DNA from: Oscillospiraceae bacterium
Lineage (GTDB): Bacteria > Bacillota > Clostridia > Oscillospirales > CAG-272
Length of the DNA stretch: 64,000 nucleotides
Direction of reading: 5' to 3'
NCBI GenBank assembly: GCA_015063695.1
Contig: SVTQ01000004.1
Span: forward strand, 3,784 to 67,783
The notes beneath the pieces are model-generated. The model ran no database searches. It worked only from the letters and a program-made list of their open reading frames with translations, and was not told where the DNA came from. The position numbers were made by a program, and so were the translations under genes. Positions 62,526 to 64,000 of this stretch are shown here, one piece after another (the stretch's first letter is position 1; each line of letters begins with the position of its first letter).

Positions 62526-64000
62526 ATGGGAAAGAAAAAACACAGCAAAAGCAAGAACAAAAAAAGCAATGAGAAAAATGCTCCTGCGAAAAAAGATACT
62601 GAAAAGCTGATATCGGACGACGCTCTGCGCTCCGAGGCAGAAAATAAAGAAACCACAAAACAGCCCGAAGCCGAAGCAAGAGCGGAAAATTCCGAAATAA
62701 AGGAAGCCGCAGAAACAAAAACGGCGAAGACAGCGGAAAAGGCAGACGAAAAAAAGAAACCCGCAAAAACAAAAAAAGCAAATCCCGTTTCATCCGAAAA
62801 CGGAAAGGGCTTTGTAAAAACGCTTTTTGAAAAATACAAGGAGTGGCTTTACAAAGACCCGCCCGAAGAAGACAAAGGCGAAAAGGCTCCTAAAGTTTGG
62901 CCCGCCCTTATTCTTCCCGCTCTTGTTATTATATTCGGGCTTTACTACATCGGCGTATTTGATGTCGCCTTCATCCCCCGCCCCCAAAGCTGGGAGACGA
63001 ATTTTGACCGTTTCCTGTCTATTGGGAAGCCCGAAGAGCCGAAGGAAGAAATCCCCGAAGACACCGAAACGGAGCCTTCCGACACGGAAAGTGCCGATAT
63101 CGGACCTGACGTACAACAGAGTATCGACCTTAAAGACACCGTTACTGCCAACAGAAACGAGCAGAAGATAAACAATTACACCGTTTTCAAAACCGACGAC
63201 GAGCTTATTTCCGAAGGCTACTATATCACCGACGGCACCTACGACAGCTACACCTGCGAGGTCGGCCTTATGACCTATGATTTCGAGCTTCCGAGAAGAT
63301 TTTCCTACCGCGACATGACGGTGCGCGATTGGGTCATTACGGAATATGACGACGGAAGAATGCCCACTGTTGAAGACACAGAGGTAACAGAGGCTCGCCC
63401 TGCACTTTATCCCTACATGGGGTACATTATTTACGACGACGCGAACCAGGAGCTTTACCTTCTTGACTACAACGGCAAGGTACTGATGAGATACAACGAA
63501 AATTATATCCCTGCCTTTGCCAGAACCAAGGACGGAAAGCCTCTCTTCTACAACACTTACAGATATTATGCGGAAACACCCGTTTCTGTAACGGAAAACG
63601 AAGCGGGCGAAGAGGTCGTGACCGATGCCAAGGGTGTTTATCTTACGGGAAAGAACTATTTTACACTTTCCGCCGCAGGCACGTCCTTCGTAAAAACAGA
63701 CTATATCGAGGAAAGAGACGGCAGAGGTCTTAACTTCGATTTTGAGGACTCATTCGGTCTTTCCGATGTGAAAATAAAGAGAGTGGGCGTTATGAGCCCC
63801 AAGTTCACCACCTTCCTTAACGGAAAAAGCGCCCTTGTCAACTTCATGAACTGGAACTATTTCCTTGAGGATGACCCGAATATCCCCGTACTTGAGGATA
63901 TTATCGCAAAGGAAGCGGAATACAACGCTCTTCCCATAGAAGAAAAGCTGAAGCTTATCGAAGCAAAACAGACACCTTCCGACCTCTACGGACTTGACAC
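62526..64000 (+). CDS. hypothetical membrane-anchored protein (5' partial; continues beyond the window)
   Basis: Not in the ORF track because no stop lies inside the window. I read the frame open from the ATG at 62526 to 64000. It has a Lys-rich N-terminus (MGKKKHSKSKNKKS), one TM helix (VWPALILPALVIIFGLYYIGVF) and a large extracytoplasmic part. Confidence 0.6.
   Translation, partial: MGKKKHSKSKNKKSNEKNAPAKKDTEKLISDDALRSEAENKETTKQPEAEARAENSEIKEAAETKTAKTAEKADEKKKPAKTKKANPVSSENGKGFVKTLFEKYKEWLYKDPPEEDKGEKAPKVWPALILPALVIIFGLYYIGVFDVAFIPRPQSWETNFDRFLSIGKPEEPKEEIPEDTETEPSDTESADIGPDVQQSIDLKDTVTANRNEQKINNYTVFKTDDELISEGYYITDGTYDSYTCEVGLMTYDFELPRRFSYRDMTVRDWVITEYDDGRMPTVEDTEVTEARPALYPYMGYIIYDDANQELYLLDYNGKVLMRYNENYIPAFARTKDGKPLFYNTYRYYAETPVSVTENEAGEEVVTDAKGVYLTGKNYFTLSAAGTSFVKTDYIEERDGRGLNFDFEDSFGLSDVKIKRVGVMSPKFTTFLNGKSALVNFMNWNYFLEDDPNIPVLEDIIAKEAEYNALPIEEKLKLIEAKQTPSDLYGLD

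Overview
This 64-kb chromosomal segment has the gene content of a spore-forming anaerobic Clostridia member, probably Oscillospiraceae/Ruminococcus-like (spoIIE, pdaA-like and tepA-like genes plus a cohesin/dockerin protein). I support about 50 protein genes and one RNA gene (type-A RNase P RNA). I found no tRNA, rRNA, CRISPR array, transposase or integrase. The housekeeping backbone is mgsA, thiI, argH/argG, ktrBA, murE-like/asnB, spoIIE, a Ca-ATPase, cca, ruvX, recA-recF-recX, rimO and rlmH. Several accessory features interrupt it. (1) A 5.6-kb gene encodes a secreted beta-helix + 4 cohesin-like + dockerin protein whose linkers are 18 His/Cys3 mini-modules. (2) A ~4.6-kb AT-rich six-gene island lies between two copies of a ~70-bp terminator-like repeat. 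(3) A single Fic gene is bracketed by 118-bp direct repeats. (4) A divergent SLOG / XRE / XRE / Fic module carries a 12-bp tandem array in front of the Fic gene. (5) A four-gene operon (non-DAP-type MurE, AsnB, ATP-grasp ligase, arginase-fold enzyme) probably specifies the peptidoglycan stem and cross-bridge chemistry. (6) A strongly codon-optimised NifU-like + GGGtGRT pair has no known function. A dual-hairpin repeat family is dispersed at gene 3' ends. Every call comes from reading motifs in the supplied translations and the DNA; no database search was possible.
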